A DNA stretch of 61,921 bases, the filler included, from Bipalium vagum (lineage: Eukaryota), in assembly GCA_037834085.1 (NCBI GenBank). It is 3 parts of 3 records of this genome, joined end to end, with 100 filler letters (N's around TTAATTAATTAA, not from the genome) between each part and the next. Parts side by side here need not be neighbours in the genome. Positions count along the whole stretch, not along the records: positions 1 to 22,387 come from JBBMKC010222015.1; 2 more parts are not named here. The stretch is one strand, 5' to 3'. The stretch's first letter is position 1. Each line of letters opens with the position of its first letter. The translations under genes were made by a program, and so were the position numbers. The notes under the pieces are model-generated. The model was not told the origin of the DNA. It worked only from the letters and a program-made list of their open reading frames with translations, and did no database searches. Positions 1 to 12,125 of the stretch are shown here, in pieces.

Positions 1-1019
1 AAACATGTTTCTTGATAATAAATGTTTGGAAAAATTTTGTTCAAAACTATTGAAATGCGTCTATTTAAAAAATAAAAATTTTTTTAAGTTATAATAATTT
101 TAAAAAATTTTATTGCATTGAAATTATCTATGAAATTACCTTCACTCCACAGTGTTATTTCATTTTTATTATTAAAAATTTATTGAAATTAAAAATATTA
201 TTATATTCAATAATATATTTAATCTAATAAAAACATTTTTTTCTATTTAATATTAACATTTGAACTTTAAAAAATTTAATATTTTTTTAAAAAAGCTAAA
301 AATAAAACCTCCTCTGTATACTGGTTTTAAAAAATAAATCCGTTAATAAAAGAAATATCAAAATATATGAAATTGATAAAGAAAAACAACGAAAAAAAGA
401 GACATTTTCGTGCAAAATAACAACAATGTAAATATCAGTTGTCATAAGAAAAATAGAATTTTTTCAGAGACGTGATGGAGTCTTTTTCGGAATTTCAATT
501 ATTCACAAAATTTGTAGAAAATCAATAACCTCTTATTGGCTCAATGAGTTATTTGAGAAAGTTAGAGAAATTCGAAGCCAGCTTGTTCCATACTGCTGTC
601 ATCGATTCAGGACACCACCAGACTCAGTTTGAATGATATTCAGCGCATGGTAGTCATAGCAGTTTCAATTACTCGATTTCATTTCCATGATTTTTCATTT
701 CAATCCTCAGCAACCTAAGACCTACTGGCTCTACGACTCTCAGTAAATTATTTTCTCGGTGACATTTCGTCGATTAACAACTGTCGTCATGTGTTTTAAA
801 ACAGCTGTATATTCCCGACTTCATGTTCTCAGTTCTTAAGACATAAGTCATTTTAAACTGCCTCTTGTTATTAGGTCTGAATCGTTCACGTTTTTGCTGG
901 ACGAGCACACTTGAGTACCTGGCAAAATATTTTACCTTGAATCATTTGATCCGATCAGTTTTTTCGACAGAAATTTAAGTTCCCTCTTTCTTTCTTATTT
1001 TGTTTATCCGTCTTCTTTT

Positions 1020-1335
1020 TTATAACATAATATTAATAATAATATAAATAAAATATTTTATTATAATATTTATATTTATTACTAATATTATTATGATTAT
1101 TATTGGTATTATTGTAATTAATAATAATAATAATTATGATGATTCAATGTAACAAATTTTTAAAATTTCACATCCGTAATAAATATATTAATTAAAAATT
1201 CCTTTCGACATAATAATAATAGAATAATAATAATCATAAATATTTTTATGTTATTACGATTATTATTATTATGATTATGATTATTATTGGTTTATTATAA
1301 TGTTATTGTTATTATTTTATTATTGTTATTATTAA
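1020..1335. repeat. Degenerate (TAA/TTA)n low-complexity tract
   Basis: Runs of attattatt/aataataat visible directly. Confidence 0.8.
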
Positions 1336-2812
1336 AGTGTAGAATGTGACTACAGGGATGTGCTTTATCCGGAAATGAAGTTTATTTTCACTGTAATAAA
1401 AACCATTCAGAATATCCATTAAAGATTATTTTAGATAACAGAAGAAAGTATACATAAAACCAAACATCGTTGATAAATTACTCCAAAAAGTTTAGTGGCA
1501 CAATGATCAAGAAATCTGTTGGTAAAAACGTACGAAAGAACGGAATCAGTCTGACATTTATATTGAGAACCAATCAAAACAAAGCAATTATTAATCTATA
1601 AATTCCTCTTTTACTTGTTCACGGATCGGATTCGTTTATTTCATTTCACAAATAAAAAACTTTTCGAGAGATAAATTCCTCTCAAATAACCTTGGCAAAA
1701 CACACTGGAAAGACAAAAAACAAAACAAAGTAAAGGAAAAATGTTTCCAGATTTATTTGTACCGCAATATACAAAGAAACCAAGTAGACACAAAGAATGT
1801 CACCAGCACTTGCTGATTGCACGGAAATTCAAACGGGTTGTTTCAATATAAAACGAGGTTGATTTAATCAATAATTTATACATTGTTGACTTTCGGCAGG
1901 AAAATGACTAACAAAACAAATGACGGGCTGAATTCTTATCACAAAACTGTGTTGTGTGAGAAAATTGCTGTTTTTAATCAAACCAATGATTACTTCGTAA
2001 CGATAATCAATCTTGAAAGCGACTAATTGAACTTTGTTTTAATGCTGATTCTTATTGTATAAATGATGAGCAGTGATTTTAAATGAGTTTATTTGTCACA
2101 CGTTTATCAAAAATAAATACCTGTTAGTGATTCCTGCCATCAGTAACAAACTGAGAGCAAACCACTCCACCTTGGTAATTTCTCTACAATGTCATCATGA
2201 AAAGGCAACATGCTTTGTTTAATGCTCACTTTTTTATTATCAAACGAAATAATATTGCTGTTGTAAGAATTTTAAAGTTTCCCAAAACCTGGACGAAATT
2301 AAAATCAAAAAAAAGTTAAAAATAACATTTGGCTAAGATTTATTACTTGATATGTTGCGGGATCCATCTCCAATTGAAGATAAACATCTAAATTATTATT
2401 CAAACAATAAAGTATAGCTGGAACTGCGAAAGGAATAATTGATATGAACGGGGGTAATTTGAGACCATTTCGTTTGTATTCCGGAAAAAACATTATACAG
2501 CACATAAAAAACTATAAATGATATATTGAGAAAATTTTCACTTAATTCACTAAACCTTTGCTAATTCAATCAATAATACCAATGAGGCAGATTTAAAAGG
2601 AATTTCGTCATCCACTTCACATAAATGTACAAAAATTGTGTATGAACTATAAATTGGAACCCTAAATATTAAAAATTAATTTCAAGATTACAGAAAATAA
2701 TGCTAAACCCGATGATCAGTAAAAAGTTCATTATACAAGGATTAATGGATTCCTTTTGACTATCAGAATTGTTTTCAATATCTATTTTATTATCATCCTT
2801 TTCTTTTGACAT
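1330..2812 (-). CDS. SLC35A4: SLC35A4-like nucleotide-sugar transporter, 5' portion. Exons 2812-2709, 2661-2556, 2511-2347, 2288-2230, 2183-2121, plus a probable exon starting at 1390. 3' half not found.
   Basis: Phase-consistent GT-AG splicing gives MSKEKDD...NFLLIIG-VPIYSSYTIFVHLCEVDDEIPFKSASLVLLIELAK-FFMCC...IPFAVPAILYCLNNNLDVYLQLEMDPATYQ-VLGNFKILTTAILFRLIIKK-EITKVEWFALSLLLMAGITNS-ENKLHFRIKHIPVVTFYTLI. This matches remembered SLC35A4 motifs (CHVDGRVPF..SAVLLTELTK; PFAL.ALLY..NNNL..YLQ..MDP.TYQVL.N.KI..TA.L). Confidence 0.85.
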
Positions 2813-3129
2813 TTTTTATAAAATCTTTTTCATAAATTTTAAAATATTACTGCCATAATTTTCATTTATCTATGTAGTAAAACAAGAAGTCGAATGAATT
2901 AATTTAAATGTTGTCATATTTAAGTAATGTTTCATTAAAAATTGTATAGTTAAATTTTATATATAATTATTATGTAATTATATTGAAAAATTTGAAATAA
3001 TAATTTTGATGAAAATTCTTCATTAATTGTAGATAGATATCATTAGATATTAAATATTGTTATTTGTTATAATTATAATTGAGATTACATTTAACATTAA
3101 ATATCAAACCAAGTTCTTTACATGTTTGA

Positions 3130-3539
3130 CTTGAATATGACTCGATTGCCTTTCTCAACTCATCATTGTTTTTATCACCAGAACGAAACTTTTCGAACTA
3201 TAATTTCGCAGTTCTTTCCTTAACTGCACCTTTTCCAAATGCTAAACAAAATTTTACAATAGATTCTGAGGTATTGGACTAAAGCTTGAATTTATACAGT
3301 AATAAGAAAGGAATGGTTGATTTTCTCTCCGTCATTTTAGATACTATAAACTTAAAATATGGGTTAATGATATTTATAATATTAAATTACATTCTTGATA
3401 TAAAGTAATCTAATAAAACATTGATTTTCGGAGAAATAATTAATAAAAATAATGAACTGTAAATTTAATAAAATCAGTAAGAAGATATTTGGATACGAAA
3501 AAAATACACAATGTCATCCACATATTTGGAGAGACCCTG
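3130..3539 (-). mobile_element. Mariner transposase 5' fragment with probable TIR
   Basis: Reverse strand reads MTERKSTIPFLLLYKFKL*...AFGKGAVKERTAKL*FEKFRSGD (mariner N-terminal HTH). TIR-like CAGGGTCTCTCCAAATATG at about 3521-3539. Confidence 0.75.
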
Positions 3540-3924
3540 TGAAAATGCAAATAAATGTATATAATGAATTATATTAAAATTTTGATTATTTGAAATACTT
3601 TTATTTACACATATGTTGATGTCACCTTTATATTATTAATTGATTGGCTTAAGCTTCGGTCAGCTCATGTGAGTCATGATGGAGCTTTTTATAAGCATAA
3701 TCGAATTGATAAAAGCTTTTCAAATATGGACCTCACTTTTTAAAAAAAACTAAATTATTTACTTTATAAAAATTTACTAACATTTATTTAAAATGTTTTA
3801 TTAAATATTTAAAATAACCGTAACTAAATAATTTTTTAAAACTAATAAATTAAAAACATTTAATAATAGTTAACTCAGGCTTGATGTGCTTATTAAAAAA
3901 ATTCAAGCAACTACTTTTTCGAAT

Positions 3925-4215
3925 CACACCTTATAATCCACATTAATCATTGTTTCCAAATCATGACTACTAGATACTTGTAATTCACAATCAAGATTTC
4001 ATAGCAAGTCCTCATTATCCAACTTCTATGGTCGTGCACAATGAGGTTTTTTCCAAACTAAACTCATCAGTTCTGAAACGTATGTACCCACATTATATCG
4101 TGGACGGAAACTTAACCTTCAGGATTATATATATTCTTTGCAGCCCCCCTAGTAGAAAGTCCGCTCTTCCAACAATAGAAAATAAGAATTCGCAATTCAT
4201 TTCTATTCAAAGTCA
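3925..4215 (-). mobile_element. Second mariner N-terminal fragment
   Basis: Reverse strand ELRILIFYCWKSGLST...RFRTDEFSLE...RP*KLDNEDLL...SSHDLE, with frameshifts. Confidence 0.65.
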
Positions 4216-5149
4216 TTTAAAATTCTACAATAAATGATGTTGATTATTTTTTAGATAAAAGATGTAATATTTTTTGTAGAGATTCTTCCATTTTTAAAAA
4301 AATAAAAAAGTATTATAATTAGAATATAGATCAAAATTAAGTTTAACATTTTCACAATAATCATTGATATTCTTATTTTGCTTTTTAAACTTTTAAAAAT
4401 CTAAATAATTCTCCATTTCATTAAAACTATAATCTCCATCATTTCCATTTATCATAGTTATTAAATCTTTTGATAATTTTAATTTTTGCGAGGGATCAGG
4501 TAAATCCTTTTCTAAATATAATTCTTTTTTTTCATTTATAATTGGAATATTTATTTTATTTATTATTAAAATATTTCATCAAATTGATGGTTTAATTGTA
4601 AAAGCAATTTTTATATCTGTTATATCTTCAAATTTCTTCATGTAAAGTATTTAATTTTACGTTAACCTTTTATATATCTTCACATTTAATACTATTGGAA
4701 TTATGTGTAAATGTTATATTAATAATAGTTTAATTAATTAATAGCTTGTTAATTTTCATGTTTTACAACTTTCATTTTCTAATTTATCAGAGAGTGTCTT
4801 TGTGCTCAGCTTATCAGTAACAGGTTTATGAAATGTTGTTAAATCTATTTATATTCCTTTTTCTGCAATGCATTTATTTAATTGATCTGAATGAAAATCA
4901 TCTTGTAGACCATTTAATTTTTTTAATATTTCAATTCTTCTGTCAAGAACATAAATTTTTATTTGCATTCATTTTTTAAAGTTAAAAAAATGTAATACAT
5001 TTTATCTATTTAAATTTTTCATTTTTCCTTTATACTCTTTTCAATCCTTTTCAAAATTCTTATTTAACTGCTTTATTTAATTTTTTAATAACAGTTCCAT
5101 TTTTAATGTCTTAAATTTTTTCGAAAAAGTCATTTATTATAACTTTTGT

Positions 5150-5450
5150 ATATTTAATTTCTTCATTACTTCTAAAGCTTTTACTTGATATAAACAAAGT
5201 TTATCAATTGAGGTTTTAACACATTTACAAATTCGTTTGAGAATTTTTTTCTTTGATATAAAATTACCTCTAATTGTTTTACTAATTGATACATTTAAAG
5301 CAGTAAGAATTGCATTACCAACGGAAATATAAATTAGTAAACCAATTCCTAATGTAGAAACTGTTACTAAAGTTGCTGTTCCAATTGCATGAATTCGAAA
5401 TTAAATATATTATACCATATCTAATTTTTAATTTTTAATTGTTTTAATAG
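5150..5450 (-). pseudogene. Polinton-associated hydrophobic/TM protein remnant
   Basis: Reverse strand AIGTATLVTVSTLGIGLLIYISVGNAILTALNVSIS followed by a Lys-rich stretch; stops present. Confidence 0.45.
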
Positions 5451-6059
5451 ATCTTCTAAAACGCTTTTCTCATTTATAAAATTTTTAATTTTCAGTTTTT
5501 CTAATTGGTCATCCAATGGATTTGAAAATATGTCCATTTCTATTTTTAATTTTAATAATAATTTTTAAAACTTTTAACAGATGTTTTTTGTTAAGGTTTT
5601 CCATCAACCATGAAATAATTCTTATAAGTATTATACAACCCAAAAACGTGATAATTATTTGTTGATCAAAAATCTGTAACATTGTTGATTGTGTATTTAT
5701 TTTTATCTGCAAGTAATATTATTGTAAATTTACTTTTTAATAATAAAACTTTTTCTCCAACCAAATACCCTAACTTGGTTATATTGATTTCTAAGTTTCT
5801 GAAATTTATAATATCTCTTTTTGAAGATTTTTAAAAGGAATACCAATAAACAATAGGTGTAACTTTTTCATACATGTTTTTATAATCATCTTGTATAAGA
5901 AAAGTTTTTAATTTTCATATTAAATATTATTTTATGAAGGTCTCCATTATCATTTTTTATTTTTGTGATGGCATCATATAAAATTTTAATATTAATTTCC
6001 ACTGTTTTGAAATCTTTTAGTTTTGTATCTTTAAATCCAGTTTGGAATTTTTTGATTGA

Positions 6060-6425
6060 TTCAAGAAATGATAGAAATATTTGTCAAACTCAACATATTA
6101 TAGTTCTAGATTGTTTTCTCATTCTTTTAAATTTTTGCTCTAAATTTTTATAATACCCAACCCAATACAAGGAATTGTATTTTGATAATTAATTAGAGTT
6201 TATTCAAATTAAGTTCTTTTTACAGTAATCTCATCTTTCATTAAACGTTTTAAAGGTATTTCTAATGTTTAGCAATATCTATTAAATCAAAATTTGTGGT
6301 TGTATTAATTCCGTAATTGTACAAAATTTTTAGAAGTAAATGATTTTTGTAATTTAAAAATTTTAAGAATTTAATCTAAGAAAACTATTTAGTTTTTAGG
6401 GTCAAAATATAAACCATTCCTTATT
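6060..6425 (-). pseudogene. Adenain-like cysteine protease remnant preceded by a G-L-Y-F/L motif
   Basis: Reverse strand RIRNGLYFDPK, then TTNFDLIDIAKH...LMKDEI...LIINYQN...YWVGYYK (with frameshifts). Resembles the Polinton PRO pattern SNFDL..AK.L....M.DEL...IINL....HWV.Y.K. Confidence 0.6.
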
Positions 6426-6679
6426 TTACAATCGTAAGTTTATTCATACTTAATTTTGTAATATTTCTTTTCATTCTTTTTTTAGATTTCCCTAAATTTC
6501 CATATTTTAAACAATTTAAAATTGCATCACTTAATTCTTTTCAAAAATATGAGTCAAATCTAATCAACTTCCTGTGGGAGGTCAAAGTATAAATCTGCCG
6601 CAGTTTTTACTTCAGAAACTTCCAAGAGCTTCGCTCGCTTTTGGTTTCAGTTTTTCAATTTCTATTTTTGACTTAATTT

Positions 6680-6935
6680 TTCCTAACACTATTTTTGCGC
6701 TTCTTTTGCTTTTTGTAAAACTGTATCAACTCTATTAGCTGCTTCAACAGTTGTACCTAATTGCGCCTAAGATTGGAATTAAAGATATAAATTTTCGTCT
6801 TTTTTTTTCTTTTGCTACTTCAACTTCCTCTTTTCTTTCCTTAGTTATATTTTGAATTAAATAATATTTCTTACCATTAAAAGTAATATATTTAGATTTT
6901 CCTACATTATATATATTTTCATTTATTCCAGTCAT
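6680..6935 (-). pseudogene. Polinton small virion protein remnant with amphipathic FIxLIPILGAIG-type peptide
   Basis: ORF 6744-6935 ends KKRRKFISLIPILGAI; a shifted frame continues GTTVEAANRVDTVLQKAKEAQ. Resembles the KxGGFLPLIPI..A.G motif found upstream of PRO in Polintons. Confidence 0.5.
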
Positions 6936-7673
6936 TTTTATAGAAAATAATTTCTTATGATTAATAATAAATAAAATAATATTATATTTTGAACTTTATT
7001 GTTTTAATTAAATAAATATATTTATTCAATGAAAAATCAAAAATGTCTCATTTAAAAGATCACTATCAAGTTTATATAATAATAAAGTTTCAAAAACATT
7101 TTTATTTATCTTTGTTTACGACGTATTAAGCTTCGAATATTTAAAAATTCGAATAATTAATAATACCGAATATTTATACTTTTTCGAATCGTATATGATT
7201 TTTTTGTTAGATCTTTGTGTGTAGTTGAATATTTTTTAACAAAATTATAAGAGGTATTCTATTTTCTGTTTAATTAAGCTACATATGAAATTCGAAAATC
7301 ACGTTCAAAATTAAAACATCCACGAAGTACATTTTTATTTCATCAGATAGACATCTTAAAATCTAAAAACCCATTAATATTTTACAAATTAATTTATAAA
7401 CAACTAATTCTAAAAAACTCAACCTTACCTCTCAAATAACATCGTTGCAACTCATTTTTATAAAATCTTCTTAATATCTTCAGTCATTTAAATCTATAAT
7501 ACCATAAATAATAGGATTTGTGTAATAAATTGTATTTATAATAAATATTTCATCTGTCCATTTTATTGTGTAACCTTTTTCATATTAATTTTATAATTAA
7601 AAATTAGAACTTTATCACCAATACTGAAGCAAAGTTTTAGTTTTCAAGTATGAGTTCAAGGTTTCAACAACTT

Positions 7674-9229
7674 TATTGGATTAATATTTTAGTTTGCATT
7701 AGTATTTTCTGATAACTACGTAAGGGTTTGGTTCGACGTGTAATGCGAGATATGCGTTTTATTCTCGAAAATACTAACCGCTAACTCTACATAAATAGTT
7801 TAGCTTTAGGCTTACCAACTCCTTCAAAGCTAGTGTAACAAATGAGTATTCTAAGATACAAACTAAGATCAACTAAAACAACAAGAATTGTTTTTATAAA
7901 ATTATATTTTGTTAAATAAATACAAATCTTTCTTATCACCTCTTCCACTACAGGGTGTCTCATAAGTCCCAGCGGAAAGCAAACTTAAATATTTCTTAAG
8001 CAGATTGAGATATTTAATCGCTTGTTTTATAAAATTAAAGATAAATATTTTAATTTTTTTTTCATATAAAAAATATTTACAACAATTGTTCAAAATGACT
8101 ACCATTAACTGATATACATAAATTCATCCTTTTTACAATATTTAAAAATATGTTATAATAGTTTTTATTTCAGATTTGAATATCTTATTCTTTAAATGGC
8201 CCCATAAATAGAAATCAAGAGGAATTAAATCTGGTGAACCTGGAGCTCATCGAACTGAACTACCTCTCCCAATCCACCTGTTCGGAAAATGAGCGTCAAG
8301 ATACCGTCTTACATTTATTGAAAAATGCACAGGAGCACCATCTTACTGAAATATCAGAGACCGTACTTTGTACATTTTCATCACTTTAAACATAAAATAG
8401 TCTTGAAGCATTGATATACATATTTGGCCATTAACAATTTCATCTTCAAAGAAATACGGACCGATAATTTTATTTTTTGACAAAGCACGCCAAACATTTA
8501 CCTGGGATTTTTTTAGCAGTTTCAAAAGTAACACGTGGATGACTTTCTGACCAATATCTGACGTTATGTTTATTTAGTAATCCTTTTAGATAAAACGTTG
8601 CTTCATCTGAAAAGAAAATATTTTCCTGAATATCCACATTTTTTAACATTGCGACCAGGGTTTTTTTGCACATCTCAACTCTGTCTTGCAATTCTTCTTC
8701 ATATAATTTCTGCTTGAAAACCTTAAAGGGTTTCAATGATAACTGTTCTCTCATAATTCGATGGGTTGTTGTTCGCGAAATGGAGCAGGTGGTTGCAACA
8801 AATTGAACACTGCATTGTGGGTCACTTTTAATAACTTCACTCGTTTTCTGAACCTCATTATCAATGATCAGACTTGATCTTCAATAACGTTCACGATCTT
8901 CCACCGAGCAAATCTCACAAAAACGATGAAAAGCTTCTTTTATAGCACTTTCACTTGGTGAGGTTTTCCCAAATTCTGCATTTAATTTTACGTTTAACAA
9001 CACAAATTGAGTTGAATTTGGCCATTAAAAGTAATTAAAAGCCATTAAAATTCTTAACTTCAAATCAACAGGCATTTGCTAAATCTGAATTCAAAATATT
9101 AAAACAAAACTTAGACTTACATACTTGAATATTATATATAAAGAAAATTTCAATCGATTGAATTTAATGAAAGATATTTAAGATTACTTTCTACGGAGAC
9201 TTATGGGACACCCTGTATCGATCCCAACA
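7674..9229 (+). mobile_element. Solo LTR (about 290 bp once the rosa insertion is removed) with 4-bp TSD ACTT
   Basis: Ends TATTGG...CCAACA, flanked by ACTT at 7670-7673 and 9230-9233; AATAAA near the 3' end. Removing it rejoins integrase as LYNEVVETLNSYLKTK. Confidence 0.6.
7951..9215 (-). mobile_element. Near full-length rosa-type (DD41D) Tc1/mariner transposon, inactivated
   Basis: TIRs CAGGGTGTCTCATAAGTC / CAGGGTGTCCCATAAGTC with TA TSD. Transposase about 9075-8077 with FFSDEATF, FQ*DGAPVH and SPDLIPLDF; 41 residues counted between the second and third Asp. Confidence 0.93.
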
Positions 9230-9487
9230 ACTTCATTGTATAAACGGAAGACCTTTATAGCTTTGGCGGGATTTTTAGATGTTTCATAAGGCGAAATACT
9301 AAGAATTCTATTGTAATAGAATTAATTAATTGAATTAAAAGATGTAACCATTTTCAGTTTATTTTGTTCTGTAAATTTTTAAACATCACATTCTTAAGTT
9401 TTATTAAATCTTTCTATGAAAACAGTTTTTCTTTCATTCTCAATTGAATAAGTGAGAAGGCGACCTTTTTCTTCATAATTATTTTAC

Positions 9488-9735
9488 TTAAGTTCTTTCA
9501 AGTTTTTCTCTTGGGGTTGGATTTTGAATATTATTCATTTTAACATCAGCAACATGTCTATATTTTAATTCTTTTGCAAAATATTTTACATCATGTTTCA
9601 TTGCTATTTTATCACCTCTATTTATTGAAATGGAATCTGGTTTAAGAATTAGGGAATTGTTTGATCTTGGAAAACATCTTCATAATTATCTGATCTTTTG
9701 TACAATATTTTTTTCCTGGTCCTGTGAATTAATGT
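9488..9735 (-). pseudogene. Parvovirus-type phospholipase A2 domain remnant (Polinton PLA2)
   Basis: Reverse strand FTGPG (Ca-loop-like)...KPDSISINRGDKIAMKHDVKYFAKELKYRHVADVKM..IQNPTPREKLER, with HDxxY and RHxAD catalytic motifs. Confidence 0.8.
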
Positions 9736-11044
9736 TTTGTTTTATTGAAAGGGTTGAAGGATTTTAAATGTACTTGACAATTTCCTGTTGAAAGTTTTTA
9801 AAAAATTCATTATTTATAATAGTTGATTGTAAATTTCCCTTTTTTTAAAAAAATGGAATATTTTTTTTGAATATTTTGAATATTTAAAACTATTGTTTTT
9901 TTTTAATCGTTATTTATTTTTTTCATGATTTATTGATACTTCATGGTGATCTATGTTTTTTAGAAAAATATTTTTTACAAAATTCACAAAACAATTTTCA
10001 TTCATTCAATTTAGATTCTTACCAAAATATTACAAATGAAAAAACCTAAAAAAATAAATTTATATTTAAAATCACCGATATACTATATTATAATCCATCC
10101 TTTTGTAATAGAGCAGGTGCAATATTGTTGATAAATAATTGAAACTTAAGAAATGGCAAACTCTGAAGAAATTTCAATACTAAGCTGTTACATAAGACCA
10201 AAAAATGGTTAACGTCAGAAATGGTAAGTTTTATGAGGTTTACTCTATCTTGTAAACTTTTCAAAATATTTATGCACTATCAAAACCCCTGGAACAGTTT
10301 AGCAATTTTTAAAATATTCCATTACCTATTTCATCTAAAATCTCGAAATCACAACGTTTATCTAGAGTCTATATAGAATTTTCTACAAAATCAATATTTA
10401 GTAGACAAGATATTAGAATCTCATTGTTTTCTTTTCTTTATCTTTTACTGGCGATAAATTCTTAATTGTCCGAGTCCATAACATCAAGAGGTTACAAGTT
10501 GAGAATTTTCACACCACAAATCGGAATGTTCTAACAGATTTATTTTATTTTTTCTTAAGATTTATTTTAAATTTCAATTAATTATTTTATTTAACTAAAA
10601 TTCTATACCAAAACAATTATCACTAGAATGAAACCTTGGAAACGTAAGATTTATTAACTGTACTTAATTGTTAAATATTATTTTAATTTTTTTTATTTTA
10701 TAATTTTAATTATTAAATTTAAAATAACAATTTTCCGACTAATAATCTTTGTGATTTTAACTAAGAGTTGTCAAATTTGTAACATTTAGGTAATAAATAT
10801 ATTATAAACACTAATTTTTTTAAAAATAGGGTTCTAGTGATATATAGATAGCGGCAACCTACCCTTGATCTTGTTCTTGATCTGTTTTTAAAAAAAACCA
10901 ACGCTGTATTATACATTATATTTAAATAAATATAATAATTGGATTTTGGAAACTAATACAAATCCTCAACAATTAAAAATTGAAAGTGAAACATGAAAAG
11001 TGAGCAAAGGTCTTGGAAGTAAAACTTCCGAAAATAATATTTCT

Positions 11045-11125
11045 TCAATTTTAAAACTAAGACCAAAATTTCATATTGGAAATAAAGTAAGAATTTTTAA
11101 ATATAAAGAAATTTGAAAAGACAAA
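11045..11125 (+). pseudogene. Short Polinton integrase C-terminal fragment in the opposite orientation
   Basis: LKLRPKFHIGNKVRIFKYKEI*. Confidence 0.55.
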
Positions 11126-12125
11126 CATAAAAAAAATTTTCTTATATATCATATATACGGAAATAAATAAATAATTAAATTAATTAACTAATTAATTAAA
11201 ATTATTAATATATAAATATAATAAAAAAGTTAATATTCAAAGATTTCTTTTCACATTTCTAAGGACATCTACTGATAAAAAGAAAAGAATTGACGAAAAA
11301 AAAAGATCAATTGATTTAACTGTGTTTTATTGATTAGCAGAACTTTGAAATTTGATGGTTGTCAGACAGTTAGATTCATTCAGCTAAACTCTCCGAGCAA
11401 CAATCAAAATTCGTAAGATTTTGCTTATTGATTTAAACAAAAACTATAATTTTTTTTCTTTGTCTCTTTGAAAAAAGTTCATAAAAATTTAAAATGTTAT
11501 AATAAATAAAAATTACTTCTCATTTTCCACGCATTTTCATGGGAGCAGAAATGAGTTACCAGCGGGAAATATTAGAAAAAATATAAATAAAAGTGCTCTT
11601 TTTTGCATAGAACGAGCTTTATTTAAGCATAAAATCATATGTTCCGGATTTCTCCATTTGAGATTATAGATAATACCAAAATCAATAGGATTATGTGTAT
11701 TTGTTAATATATTCTATTTGAGAAATTTAAAGTAACACATGTTGAGTATTTTCCAAAACAAATAGTTTTGATAATATTTCAATACAAAAAATTCTTCGTT
11801 AATTAATTTAAAAATAATTATTCAAGATAATAATTAACGATTTACAATTCACATCAACGATGTGATAATTGACTAGATTATTAAAATTAATTAATATCAA
11901 TTCGATTTACAATTGTCAAAAATCTTTTCACATTTAAACAAAGAAACCACCGTTTTTTGATCAAATTTTAATATGTAAAACAAATCATTAAGGATATTGA
12001 AAATAACTCACTTAAATAATAAAGTACACATTTTATTGTTTCTTATTTTTTAAAGACAATTTTTATTATAACAGTTCTCAATTTCAAATTTCTTGATGAT
12101 CAACTTCTTAAGTATAGTACATTTG

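Larger units (their letters stand above)
7440..9460 (-). pseudogene. Polinton integrase split by nested insertions (core about 9234-9460; C-terminus about 7440-7669)
   Basis: Core: YSIENERKTVFIERFNKT...FTEQNN*KWLHLL. C-terminus: SIGDKVLIFNYK..EKGYTIKWTDEIFIINTIYYTNPIIYGIIDLND...FYKNELQ, the typical Polinton INT C-terminal pattern. Confidence 0.85.
4300..10030 (-). mobile_element. Decayed Polinton/Maverick (adintovirus-like) element; boundaries approximate
   Basis: Co-oriented - strand remnants of PLA2, retroviral-type integrase, GGF-like amphipathic peptide, GLY motif, adenain-like protease, a hydrophobic TM protein and a Zn-finger-like CEFCKK...H at about 9930-10000. Confidence 0.75.

Noticed and set aside
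540-960. GC-richer block next to the AAT tract
   Set aside because: No SLC35 exon or TE motif recognised in the frames examined; left unannotated.
1450-2115. piggyBac-like words on the + strand (LFTDR, WKDKK, NCVV)
   Set aside because: Short motifs in inconsistent frames with no TTAA/TIR ends; the region is explained as an SLC35A4 intron.
7902-7950. Open frame GIDSGRGDKKDLYLFNKI restored by excising the rosa element
   Set aside because: It falls inside the inferred solo LTR; the integrase resumes only beyond 7670.
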